Shown: piece after piece, positions 35,796-46,548 of the stretch | Numbering within the stretch: position 1 is the first letter of the stretch | How the letters are laid out: each line of letters begins with the position of its first letter | NCBI GenBank assembly: GCA_025594325.1 | Contig: JANHCV010000001.1 | Location: 3,100,001-3,164,000 of the forward strand | Length of the DNA: 64,000 bases | Reading direction: 5' to 3' | Origin: Blastocladiella emersonii ATCC 22665 | Lineage: Eukaryota; Fungi; Blastocladiomycota | Notes under the pieces: generated by a model | What the model was told of the DNA's origin: nothing | Seen by the model: the letters and a program-made list of their open reading frames with translations, nothing else | Databases searched by the model: none | Translations under genes and position numbers: made by a program

Positions 35796-37126
35796 TCAGA
35801 TCCCGCTGGCCAGGAACGCCTTGAGTGCCGGCCCGAGCGAGTCCATGCCGCTGCCGCACACCGGGTACGCGGGGACAATGAGCACGCGCTTAAGTATCGG
35901 CCGCAGCGACGCATAGAGCGCAGGCTTGAGGCGCGGGTCGGTTCCGGGCACCAGCTCTGCGAGGGGACGCAGTGCGGCGGCAGAGAGCGGGGTGATGGAG
36001 CCGGCTGGGAGCTCGCGGACAGCCAGCTGACCCGCAATCGCCTGCGCGCACTTTTTGATCGCGGCGGCTCGAGACTGACGATGGGCCCGAGTCGCCGTCG
36101 CGTTGCACGGGTCATCGTCGACGCCAGGCGTCGGGATCATGCCCGGGCCGGCCGAGGGAAGCAGGACAGCGCGATCGAGGAAGATGAGAGCGCAGCAGTC
36201 GCCCGCCTCAGTGCGAACCGAAACCGCCTGGTTCCCGCTGGCAAACGCGCCAAAGATTCGCCGAATGACTGCGACGACTCGGGAAGCCCGCGACCAAGAA
36301 GCAAATCGAAAGCGTTGGTTGGCAGACAGTTCGGATCGACAGCGTAGTACGGCTCGTTGTCGATGGCCAGGGTGAGGAACATCGGGTTGACAACAGGGGC
36401 CGAGTCCTGCGTGAAGGCGCTCGACTCGGCAAGGCGCTCAATGGAGCACGCCGTCCGCGCCGATTGGGCGCCCGTGAGCACACCTCGGTACTGCGCGTTC
36501 AGTCGGTCCGTGAAAGAAGACACCGAGCTCGAGACATTTGGGCTGGAAGATGGGTCGGCGGCAGAAACTGAGAGGTGGTACCGAGCGCGCTCCTCGAGCA
36601 TCTTGTCGACAGACCAGTCGATCTCGAGCCATGCGCACCAGCAGCGGCGCAGCTCACGCTGGGTCGATTCATCGGTAGCCTTGAGGGGCGACTCAGCGGC
36701 AGCACCGCACACCCAATCCTTGGCGATGCAAGCGCGCAGGTGGAAGTTCCAGAATTCGCGAACTTTGGGATCGAGAACGTGCGAGTACCACAGCTGGCCG
36801 ATGTTGCGAGCGAGAGTCGGCAAGTCGGCCTCGTCAGCAGGCGAGAACGCGAGGGCATGGAGAATGAGCAAGTTTCGCGCAAGAACTTCGGGCTGCCAGT
36901 CGTTGAGAGTGAAGACAAGCTTCTGCTTCATTCCGCGCGCCGCGGCCTCGCACACGGTGCGGGCGACTTCGGCCAGATCGCCACAGCCGCACATGAGCGC
37001 GTATGGGTCAGCTCGCGTGGCCGAGCCGTAGGTACTGAGCGCCAGATCCCGTGTCGGCGCGTCGTCGTCCATAGTAGCAGATCTATTGCCGCCAGTTGCG
37101 GGCAGTTTCATGGGTTTCCAATACAT
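35796..37126 (-). CDS. DUF4470-domain protein (3' structure uncertain)
   Basis: MYWKP..ALMCGCGDLAEVARTV..VFTLNDWQPEVLARNLLIL..IGQLWYS fits the DUF4470 pattern; likely intron ~36494-36579; the downstream frame change is unresolved. Confidence 0.6.
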
Positions 37127-37808
37127 GTGCGAGTGGTGTTGAGGGAGAAAGGGAGAGTGAAAGTGGAAGTGGAAGTGCGGAAGAGGCGCGGCGCATGGGA
37201 AGGCGATACGGCGCCGCCACCTCGTGTCGTCACGCTGTGGCGCAGCGCGTCCGCAACGAAGTCGACCGCCCATCGCCGCCCGTACCACTCTTAGGTTGCG
37301 GGCAAATACATCATGGTAGGCCTTGGACTGAACATTCAACAAGACAAGTGGCGTGGTGTGGCGTGCCAACGAAGGTAGCGACGGTGGGAAGAGTGGGACG
37401 AGCAGGGACACCGTGGCCACGATCTGATGCATCCGCGCCAGCGTGAGAGATAGGAGAATGCAAGTGGGCGCGGGCCACTGAACGGGAACGGACCTGACGG
37501 GCGCCAGTAAGCGAGACCGCTTCGCACACGGGACGGAGCGCGGTTGTGGCATTGAGGTTTGGGGTCATGTTTTCCTGAGGCACGTCGTCTGCCCTCACTC
37601 ACGATTCGGCATACCTCGACATTGCGGTCATGCCGCGATTCAAGGACCGCCGCGTCAGTGAAATAGCGCTTGGGATTCGGGATCACCGGCGACTGAGGCC
37701 AATGCGCCATGAATCAACCAATCAATCAAAACCGTTGGATGTGGACGTGACGCAGATCCGAGTGTGTATTGTTCAACAACAGCTTCATCTCCAGTTCCAG
37801 CCCCAGAT

Positions 37809-37846
37809 CCAGCAACAACAGCAACAACAACGACAACAGCAACAGT
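37809..37846. repeat. (CAA/CAG)n microsatellite
   Basis: cagcaacaacagcaacaacaacgacaacagcaacag. Confidence 0.85.
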
Positions 37847-37925
37847 ATCATCACCCAAATTCCGGCAGCGTTTGCGCTTCCGCGCAGAACAGCACGGACC
37901 GGACCATGCGATGCTGGGCCGTCGT

Positions 37926-39676
37926 TCAGGTCAAGCGAAGGACGGCGGGCGAAAAGTCGGCCCGCAGCCGCGCCGCGACTCGTCCGTCCATGGCCGCGCT
38001 ATCCAGGATCAGCAGCTCGAGTCGCGGGCGAAGGTGGTGCGCAAGCAGCCGCGCTCCGACAAGGCTAAGCCCCGCCGTGGACAGGTCGAGCCGCCGAATT
38101 GCAGCGGGGAGCCGCGGGATCAGGTCGCTGGATGCGTCGCGCGAGATGCCGCAGCCGCCGAGTGAAAGCTCCTCAAGCGCCGGCGGAAGCCGTCCCGCAA
38201 GCTTGCGCACAAAGTTGTGGCCCAGCGTGTACCCGCTGAGGCTGAGGCACCTGAGCGAGTCGGGAAGGTGGGACGTCACCGCTTCAAGCTCGCGCTCGTA
38301 CTCGCGCTTCAGGTCCGCCATGGTCGACGACGCAGTCGCGACCGCGGGCACGGAAGACGAAGTGGAGGAGGAGGCGCCCGTGCCCGTGATGGTGCAATTG
38401 TTGAGCTTGAGAACCCGCAGTGTGCCCGGGAGCGACGTTAAGAGGGCATCGATCCCGCGGTGCTCAAGGGTGGCACCGTCGAGAACAAGTTCGAGGAGGA
38501 AAGGTGGGAACCGCCAGATCGGCAACGTAGCCTTGGCGTGGACCGCCAGCTTGGCGCCCGAAATGTCCAGCGACACGAGCGACGGCGGCAAGCACGCGAA
38601 CGCCTTGACGAGGCGCGGGTAGTCCAGGCCGATGTCATGGAGGGTGAGCGACGTGAGGTGCGGAACGGCGCGCAACAGGGCAGTGAGCGCAGGATCCTGC
38701 ACGCGGCAGTCAACCAGACGGAGAGCCGAAAGCGTAGGCGGAAGTCGCGGGACGAGGTACGGGGTCATAGTGTCCCAGAGCTTCATGAGCGAGAGCGAGA
38801 GCGATGACAGGTTGGCGGGCCACTGTACCGCTGCGGGCGCTGCCGCGGTGGCGGCGGTGGTCGGGTAGCGCTGGCCCAACACGGGCTTGAGCCACGGGCT
38901 CGCGATCGAGACGGCCGTGACTGACGGAGGGAAGCGGAAAGCAAGGAGGCGCGGCAGGTCAATGGTGCAGGCGTCGATCGTGATGGACGTGAGCGCCTGT
39001 GTCGGGCTCGCCATGGCCTCGTTGAGCGAGTGGATGCCGGCGAGCGAGATGGCCCGGTGCGTGAGAATGAGCTCGGTGACGGCGCCCGTCGCCACGTCCG
39101 TGCTGATGCCGTCAATCGCCGCGTCGTAGTCGGCCGGCGGATTGACCTAGTTGCGACGGAAGGACACAGCGTGAGCGGATGGGTGGGAGGGCGCGGGGCA
39201 TGAAAAAGGCGCGCGGTGGTGGCGGCCAAACGTACCATGGCGTCCGCGCCGCGCGAGCAGTCCAGGTCGATCCCAAGCGCGACGCGGGCGGCCGGGCTCC
39301 AAGTGAGAGCTGTCCTCGATCGCAGGGCGCGTCGAAGCGAAGGCGAGCCGCGCCAGAACTCGACGGTCAACAGGTGCCCGTCCTCGATGGCCTTTTCGAG
39401 CCCGCCCATGGGACAGGCAAACTTGTGAAACTCGGCCAGCTTCTGGAGCGCCGCGGCGTGCCCGCGGGCGGTTGCCTTGACCGGACTCAAGTAAGGGACG
39501 CGGGCAAAGATGGCGCGCACGACGCGCGGGATCCTGGACTCGGGCATGACGCGCGCGTACTCGGCCATGCCCTGGTAGTCCCGCTCGTCGGGGTGGAGGT
39601 GGACGGCGCGGACGAGGATGTTCTCGACAACGGCTGGCACACAAAGTTTCGGCAGCATGGTCTCGTTCAAGTGCAT
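37926..39676 (-). CDS. RNI-like leucine-rich-repeat protein, lineage-specific; at least 2 exons
   Basis: Repeats LPPTLSALRLVDCRV, LPPSLVSLDISGAKL, LPGTLRVLKLNNCTI, LPDSLRCLSLSGYTL and LPPALEELSLGGCGI; intron GTACGT..TAG at ~39149-39235. Confidence 0.75.
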
Positions 39677-40104
39677 GTAGTTTACGTGGCAGTCGGCTGG
39701 GCGATATCAACACGTAGCAAGCAGCGGAGGCGCGGGGAGAAGGACGACGGGGACAAGAGCGCGCCTGGCGCGTGGGAGCACGGCTCGCGCGCCGGCGCGC
39801 GCATCACCTGACCAAGTGTCTCGCATTGTACACGTGCTCAATTGAATTGAATTGAATTATATCGAACAGTAAGAGTCCTTGGCGGCGGGCGCGAACTTGG
39901 TCACAAAGAAGCTCGCTCGACGTGTCCTACGCGAATCAAGTGTAATCCAGCCAGTTTCGAGCCGGCAAGTCGATAGCCTGCAGGAGCGTCACCGAGATAC
40001 GAACCGCATCTTGGCGCTGCTGATCGTCGCCTCGGGGCAGGCTCGCAGCGAAGTGAGCGTAGAGATCGAGCCTGGCCGCGTCGTCGGACTGGGAGCGAGG
40101 ATGC

Positions 40105-40415
40105 AGCTGCCGTCGACGACACTGACGTGGTCCGCGTGCGACAGCATCAGCGAGACGGCGTACGTGACGGAGATGCGCGTGTAGCCGCGCATGAAGCCCG
40201 GGAAATTGTGCGCGATCACCGAGTGCAGCTGCGAGTCGGCGGCGCGCGCGAGGTTGAGGCGTTGGCGCTGGCCGGCCTCGCGACCCTGGCCCGAGCTGCC
40301 GACCTCGGTGCCGTCGCCGGCGGGGAGCATCTCGAGGTTGCGAGAGGCGCGGCCAGATGAAGTCGACGCCGCGAACAATCGGGGCACCAAACAGCACTTT
40401 CGTGGCATTGGATCA
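40105..40415 (-). pseudogene. Degenerate fragment of an ABCC/MRP transporter nucleotide-binding domain
   Basis: NATKVLFGAP / (frameshift) / NLEMLPAGDGTEVG..AGQRQRLNLARA..GYTRISVTYAVSLMLSHADHVSVVDG. The LSGGQ signature is corrupted and Walker B is deleted. Confidence 0.7.
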
Positions 40416-40485
40416 AATTTACAGAATAGTACTTTCCCCGCTCTGCGCCCAAGACACTCGCGCATGACCCGCCCGCCGCGGCCGC

Positions 40486-41103
40486 TCACATGGGCGCGCG
40501 GAAGTAGTTGACGGCCGAGAGGACAGCGAGCGCGCCGGCGCCCCACCCGGCGCCGCGGTACAGGTAGCGCCAGCGGGCCATGGCGGCGTCGACCGAGGGC
40601 GAGAGCTCGGTGAAGGCCGAGTCGCGGGCCACGTCGAGGCGGATGCCCCAGCGCGGCTCGGCGACCGTCTTGGCGCCGGCGGCACCCGACCCGGGCGTGT
40701 GCGCGGTCGGGGCGACTGGCAGGTCGGCGCGCGCGTCGACGAGGACGGCGCCGTAGGGCACGTGGCGCGGGCCGAGGTAGTGGCGGGCGGCGAGCAGGGC
40801 GGCGGACCCGGACGCGAGGATGGCCGAGCCCGTGAGCGGCGCGTGCGGCTCGAGGTGCGCATCCGGGTGGGTCGGCAGGCGCGAGGGCAGCAGGCCCGGG
40901 TACCACAGGGCAAACGACTGGGCGAAGGACGGGGTGTGCGGGATGCCCATCTCGCGGCGGGCGCCGGCGCCGACGAAGCGGCCGTCGACCTTGGTCTGGG
41001 CGACGCCGTCCGCCGCGTGCGGCGGGGTCGAGGGCGCGGCGCCGGGTGCAGCACCGCCGCCCATGACGGCGCCGGGGGTCGCAATGTCGCCGCGCTGGTC
41101 CAT
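40486..41103 (-). CDS. Hypothetical intronless protein (205 aa) with a C-terminal hydrophobic segment
   Basis: Clean ATG-to-TGA ORF with host-like GC3 bias; C-terminal GAGWGAGALAVLSAVNYF; no family recognised. Confidence 0.6.
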   Translation of the reverse strand: MDQRGDIATPGAVMGGGAAPGAAPSTPPHAADGVAQTKVDGRFVGAGARREMGIPHTPSFAQSFALWYPGLLPSRLPTHPDAHLEPHAPLTGSAILASGSAALLAARHYLGPRHVPYGAVLVDARADLPVAPTAHTPGSGAAGAKTVAEPRWGIRLDVARDSAFTELSPSVDAAMARWRYLYRGAGWGAGALAVLSAVNYFRAPM

Positions 41104-41342
41104 GGTGTCGAGGCAGATGGTGGTGGTGTGGCGCGTGACGTTGATGGGGTCGGTGATCTGCCGTCGTCGCGGAGCGGGCGAGGGCCGTGGTCGGGCGCGA
41201 GGAGTGCGTTACGTTGCAGCGGCAGCAGGTGCGTGCTCGAGAGCGCGATCGCGGTCGTCGTAGCGATCGGGGAGAGAGAGGAGGGCTCCCACGGCGGGCC
41301 GCGGCCCGTCTCGAGCGAATCACCCGACGCGCAGCGCCACAG

Positions 41343-42003
41343 TAGTCTCGGTGCCAGCTCGTTTCCGCTTACGGCAGGGGCGTCAGAGGGGTCACGTGGG
41401 GTCACGGCGTGCAGGCCGACGCGTAAACGAGTCTGGAGTCCAGTTTCACTCAGCAGTGCTTTTCTCGCCGATAATTACCCCCGGCGCGGTCTTTCGTCAA
41501 TTCCACCCCCACCGTTGATCTTTTGGCCTCGAGTCCTTCAGCAATCTCGTGCGAAACATCATGGGCTACGCGGATCTGCGGTCCGCTAAGCCTAAATCCG
41601 TACTGGTGCGGAGGATCAGGCGCGGGAAGCTCGGGCAGGCGTCGCGCTCGGAGGCCGACCCACCCCGTCCGGGCTCCCCACGAGGCCGATTTCACTGCGA
41701 TTGACAGTTTTCGAAAGCTCTCGGCCGGGGCAACTCGCTCGTACCCGCCACGTCTCAATCGAGTCAGGTTTGAGTGAACAGGGCCAAACCCCGACTTTGC
41801 CGCCTTGCTGACGTTGGGCACCTGATCTGATTGTTCCGTAACCGGTCTCGTTGGAAAGGGCAACTTATTTTGAGCGGATTAGGTATCGTTGCACCAAGTA
41901 GCTCGGTAGTGGGAGGTCGTTACGACGGTGGAAAGTGAGCGCCGATGGTCGGTCGGAGCGCGTCACCGCGATCACCTTTCGGGCGACCCGCTCGACGTGC
42001 CAC
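41343..42003 (+). repeat. Left terminal inverted repeat (about 660 bp, imperfect)
   Basis: Blocks matching the reverse complement of the right end: tagtctcggtgc (41343), aaacgagtctggagtccagtttcac (41425-41449), taaatccgtac, ttcgaaagc..gtacc, and ggtcggagcgcgtcaccgcga..gggcgacccgc..gtgccac (41947-42003). Confidence 0.8.
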
Positions 42004-42836
42004 CCAAACAACTTCCCCTCGGACCATGCTTATTCGAAAGAGCAGACTCAGGGCCATCGGCTGATACCCGAGAGATAGCTGCACTACACATAGTTAGCGG
42101 TCGGATCGTCCAAACGCGTCATGGGCTCTACCATGTCCCTGAGGGGTCTATATCATTTAACTCTTGGAATAGTTGGTGATCATAATCAACTACTATCATT
42201 TTGTACAGAGTTAGCAAACACTAACGACACATGGGATTAACCGGGCGGTCGGAACGGTGGCCCAGCGAACGGCCGTCGCGACCAACTTTTGACCCGAACC
42301 CATGACACCCACATCGGCCATTCCCCACTTTCTTACTGGTTCCCGAAAGCCGGAATCAAGGGCTATCTTTGAGCATCAACCGATATTGCAGGCGACGTGA
42401 ATAGGGGTGCAGCGACCTTGTTGTCGTTCATATGCTGTAGTACATGAAGTTCAAGTGGCATTTCACTCGGATTACTCTCTGGCGATAGCACTGAACTTGG
42501 ACCACCTGTGGGATGCAGCTCATGGAGGTGTACGCTTCGAGGGGTTGAAGAGTGGGCCAGAGAAGCACTGAGCGGTGAGCTTGGTCGCGCGCCATGATCC
42601 GAGCCCCGATCCTGATAAATTCGCTCCCCCTTCCCGCGCCGTCACGCCAACCATGACATTAACGAAAAGTTTTCTGTAATGCTTATAGCCGCTTCGAGAG
42701 TTGTGCTGTGTGGAATTCGAGTCCCTTGACGGCTGTTGACTTGGCGCGCGAAGCGGCAGTGGCGCGTCTCGTTTCAAGATGTGCTCGACTCGCCTCTGCC
42801 GCTCCCACGCTGTCAAATGAATGCTCCCCGGCAAAC

Positions 42837-45800
42837 ATGTCTAATCGAATGAAGACTACGCGCAACGGCAATAAGCCGACCGAGCCAACGTCGTCCCGGA
42901 CGCTGGCGTCGGCTCGTCCAGCTGCGCCTGTGGCTCGAGGGCGAGGTGCTGCAGTTGACAGGCCACCCGGCACCACCTCGCCCGAGCCCTCGGGATCGGA
43001 TTCCGAGCAACCTCTTGCTTCTTCTGTGCGAGCTAAACCGGGTCCGAAGGGGTATCCCCAGCAGCTGCTTGGACCAAAGTCAGCAACGGGCAAGCACGCG
43101 CGTGATTGGTTCTTGCACCGCCTCCTGAACCCTGCGGACAAGGATCCGGCTGTGGACACGGGCCAGCAGATGATGCTGGTCAAGTGCGTCCTCAAGCACG
43201 TTGATCCCGAGGCTTTCCGCGAGACCCTTGCGCTGCACTGTTCCGACATCTCGAGCTCGAGCTCCAACGTACCCCAGCCTACTTCTGAGCGCCGTCGCGA
43301 GTGCTTTCATGTCCCGTGGACCCAATACTTCCTGCGGCGGGGCAAAGACAGGGATCCTATCCTCGTTGCAACCGACATCTATCGCACCGAGCTCAAAAAC
43401 CTTTACACAGCCTCGGGCGACCTTCGTCAGAGCACCGCCGTCAAGATCTCGGAGCTCAACCTGTCCAACATCGCGCAACGCTGCGTCGGCTGCTGTCCCC
43501 AGCTTTTGCGGACATTCAACGTCATTACGGCGCCGTCATCGCAGGAGCGCGCTGCAGCCGAATGCGCGAAGCCTGGTTTCTCGTCCACTGGCGCGCCCGA
43601 GTTGCCGAAGATGTGGATCGTGGTTTTCATCCTGAATATCTTGTTCGCCTTGCACCGCCATGCTTGCGCCTTCCAAGTTGCTCTCGGTGGCCTCCTGTCG
43701 CTGAATGGCGCGACGCGGGCTGTGCTCGAACTGTTCAACTCGCTCAAGTTCACCGCTTCGAAATCGTCTGTTGCGCGGAGTCTCAAACATACGGCTCGGC
43801 ATAATGTGAAGCACGTGGACGATCTTGCCAAAAAACGGGACGCAGTGTTCGTACTTGCCATGGACAATGCCAACGTCTACAACCATAAGGCTGAGACGAC
43901 CTCGGCCAGCCGCTCGCACATACTCAATTGGACTAATGCTGTCCTATTTTCCGTTCCCGACTCAACCAATTTTCCGCTCTCGCCGAAGCAACGCGTGCTT
44001 CGTGATCGCCTTGTTGCTGTCTCCTTGGACCAGGAAGCACGAGAGCCTGGCAATCCGACGTATTCGCCCGAGCATGTCTGTGAAACTCTCGAAGACGAGG
44101 AATTCCGCATGCTTCGGATTGAAGACGATATCAAGCATAATCTCACGAAAAAAGGCGGGCTTGCTGCGCATCTTCGCAAAGATTTAGTTGGTGATCATCC
44201 GGAGACGCCTTTGCCCCGCTTGGATGAGGACGAGGACGAGGACTTGGACAAGGACAACCACAATTCCTTAGACGGCAGCGACTCTTTGGACAAACCGGAC
44301 TCCTCTGCAGATTCAGGCGTGAGTCTCGACGATGTGGATCTGGACGGTCTGCCCCCTCAATGCACGGCCCATTTTGCCAAAGACTTTGTTCCCCTGCCCG
44401 TCGAGGGTCATTCTGTCGATCTCATGGACAAGAACGAAGGTACTCGGGGAGGGATGTGCGAAGTCCTTGACAATCTACTTCATCGCTTCCGCAGCGTTGT
44501 CCATAGCACCGACGCGGATGCCAAAGAGGTTTGCGCCGACATTCTTGCAGTCTTCGGCGACGTGGGCACCTTTGTTATGGGTCATTCGGCCAAAAATGCT
44601 CGCTCGTCTGATGTTTGCGGGAGCCTTCAGTCTGTCCTGCCCATGTTCCTCGACTGGCATACCGCTCTCAATCTTGTGCGGATCACTGTTCATCGCTTCT
44701 GGGGTAGCCCCGAGGATCAGGTCTCATTCTCTTGGCTCAAATCGTTCTTTGATCGCAGGGAACTGTTGGACAGCAACACTTTGGACTACAACGCGGGGAA
44801 GCGTGCCATCAACGAGTTGCTAGAGATCCAACTTAACGCCATTTTCGAGTTTGAGCTTGGGCGCTTGCGCGGTCGCCCGCTTGACTATAAAGCGGAGCCG
44901 GTCACGGTCGACGAATTCAATGTGGTCCTCAAGCTGATTATGAAGTCCTGGGTCCTGTTCCAGCCGAGGTAAGCTATGTTGCCTGAGTGCGCCAACGTTA
45001 ACCAACTTGCTAACAAGACGCGTGCTCCAACAGTGCTGAACAGGCTCGTTCCACTGATCCTTCGCCTGGGAAGAAGAAGAAAAAGGGTGCGAAATCGTCG
45101 CCGCCATGCGCTGATCCATCTCAGCAGCATCGCACCTTCATCTCGCAATTCCTGCAGCATGCGCTTCTTCTTTGTGACTTCCAAGCTGCAATGCGTTCCA
45201 GTAATGGTCCACTGCTCATTCGGCTCTACCGACCAATTCTTATCCTTTTCCTTGGTTCCACTCACGGCAATTATCAGGGTGCCATTGTCAACTTGCTTTG
45301 AGGAATGGCGGGGGGCTTTTCCGAGTACGTCCAGCTTGTTGCGAAACATCTCCGGGTCGCTTACTCTGCGCATGGCACTGCAAAAGTTTGCCGCGCTCTC
45401 GATCACTTTGTCAAGGAAACGATCCGATACTTGAAGCTTTTGGTCTCGCGCCAGGGCAGCGCGTTGAGCTTCAAGCACACGCGGAGGATCATGCACGCAC
45501 TTTCCGTATTCCATCAATTCCACAACCAGCTGCTCGCCGCTCCTCGGGCCACTACTTGCGCTGCCTCGTCCAACAACACCCACCACGGCAAACCGTCCGA
45601 GCGAACGCTTATGGGTGCTATGAAACTCATGGGCGAGCGGCTCAAAGACCCCAAGCCCATGGATTGCGCAGTCGACTACCAGACGGTGGGTAAGCAGCGT
45701 CTCCACAACAAGTGCTACGTCGAGCGAAAGTGGAACAGCAACCCAACCAAACCTGTGGATGATGAACGTGGCATCGTCACCAATCTGGACGATAATGATG

Positions 45801-45838
45801 AATCCGACGGGGAGGAAGAAAGTGACATGGAGGAGTAA
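42837..45838 (+). pseudogene. AcademH transposase (DUF6589 family) with a premature stop; intron ~44969-45033
   Basis: LAMDNANVY..NWTNAVL; VFGDVGTF; FLDWHTALNLVRITVHRFWG; exon 2 FLQHALLLCDFQAAMRS..GSTHGNYQGAIVNLL*GMAG with in-frame TGA at 45299-45301; ALDHFVKETIRYLK. Confidence 0.78.
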
Positions 45839-46046
45839 TCAATAAATGCACTTTGGTTCTACAAATTACCAAGGAATTCGGTGGTCGGGTCGTGTCTCAC
45901 ATGTCACGTGTTTTCCAAACGCGTCTCACGGCTCGCTCCTTCGCTTGACGCAAGCCAACTCATTGCACAGATTGCATCTCAGAGGGACAAAAACAACTAA
46001 TTGGGTCAAATAACGCGTCGTATTCAATGGGCAGATGAGAAACAAC

Positions 46047-46541
46047 TCACCCGCGGGGGTCAGGCTGCAACGACTTGTACGGGTTTCGCTGGTACCCAGC
46101 GTATCCGCCAGTCGCGGGGTCGCGCGGAACCGGATGATATTGTCCTGGTGCAACTAATGGCTGCGTACTCATTTGCGCGTTTTGGACGTTGGGTTGCAGG
46201 TTTGTCGTGGGCCGCAGGGTCGCAGGAGGCGACGCGTACGGAGGTTGAGTCGGGACCTGGTAACCTTGGTAGTATAGCGGTAAGTAACCCATTGGCCAAC
46301 CTGGCCAACGATATTGGAATACACTCGGATAATTCGGCACGGGCGAGTAAGGCGGGCGTGGAACTTGCACTCCCGGCAAAATTGGAGCGATCGCTGGAAC
46401 AGCTGGAGCGTTTGACGGGGGAATGTACTGAGGCGCCGCATGTGGAGCCGAGGGTCGTGCAAAAGCTGGCTGGAGTACAGCAGAGGAGTGCGAAGGCTGC
46501 GTCACGGCTGGAACGAAGTCCTGCGCTGATGCGAGTGGCAT
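46047..46541 (-). CDS. P/Q/Y-rich low-complexity ORF inside the transposon (third gene or frameshifted helicase tail)
   Basis: 164-aa ATG ORF immediately after the helicase stop, in a different frame. Confidence 0.35.
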   Translation of the reverse strand: MPLASAQDFVPAVTQPSHSSAVLQPAFARPSAPHAAPQYIPPSNAPAVPAIAPILPGVQVPRPPYSPVPNYPSVFQYRWPGWPMGYLPLYYQGYQVPTQPPYASPPATLRPTTNLQPNVQNAQMSTQPLVAPGQYHPVPRDPATGGYAGYQRNPYKSLQPDPRG

Positions 46542-46548
46542 AGGCTGC

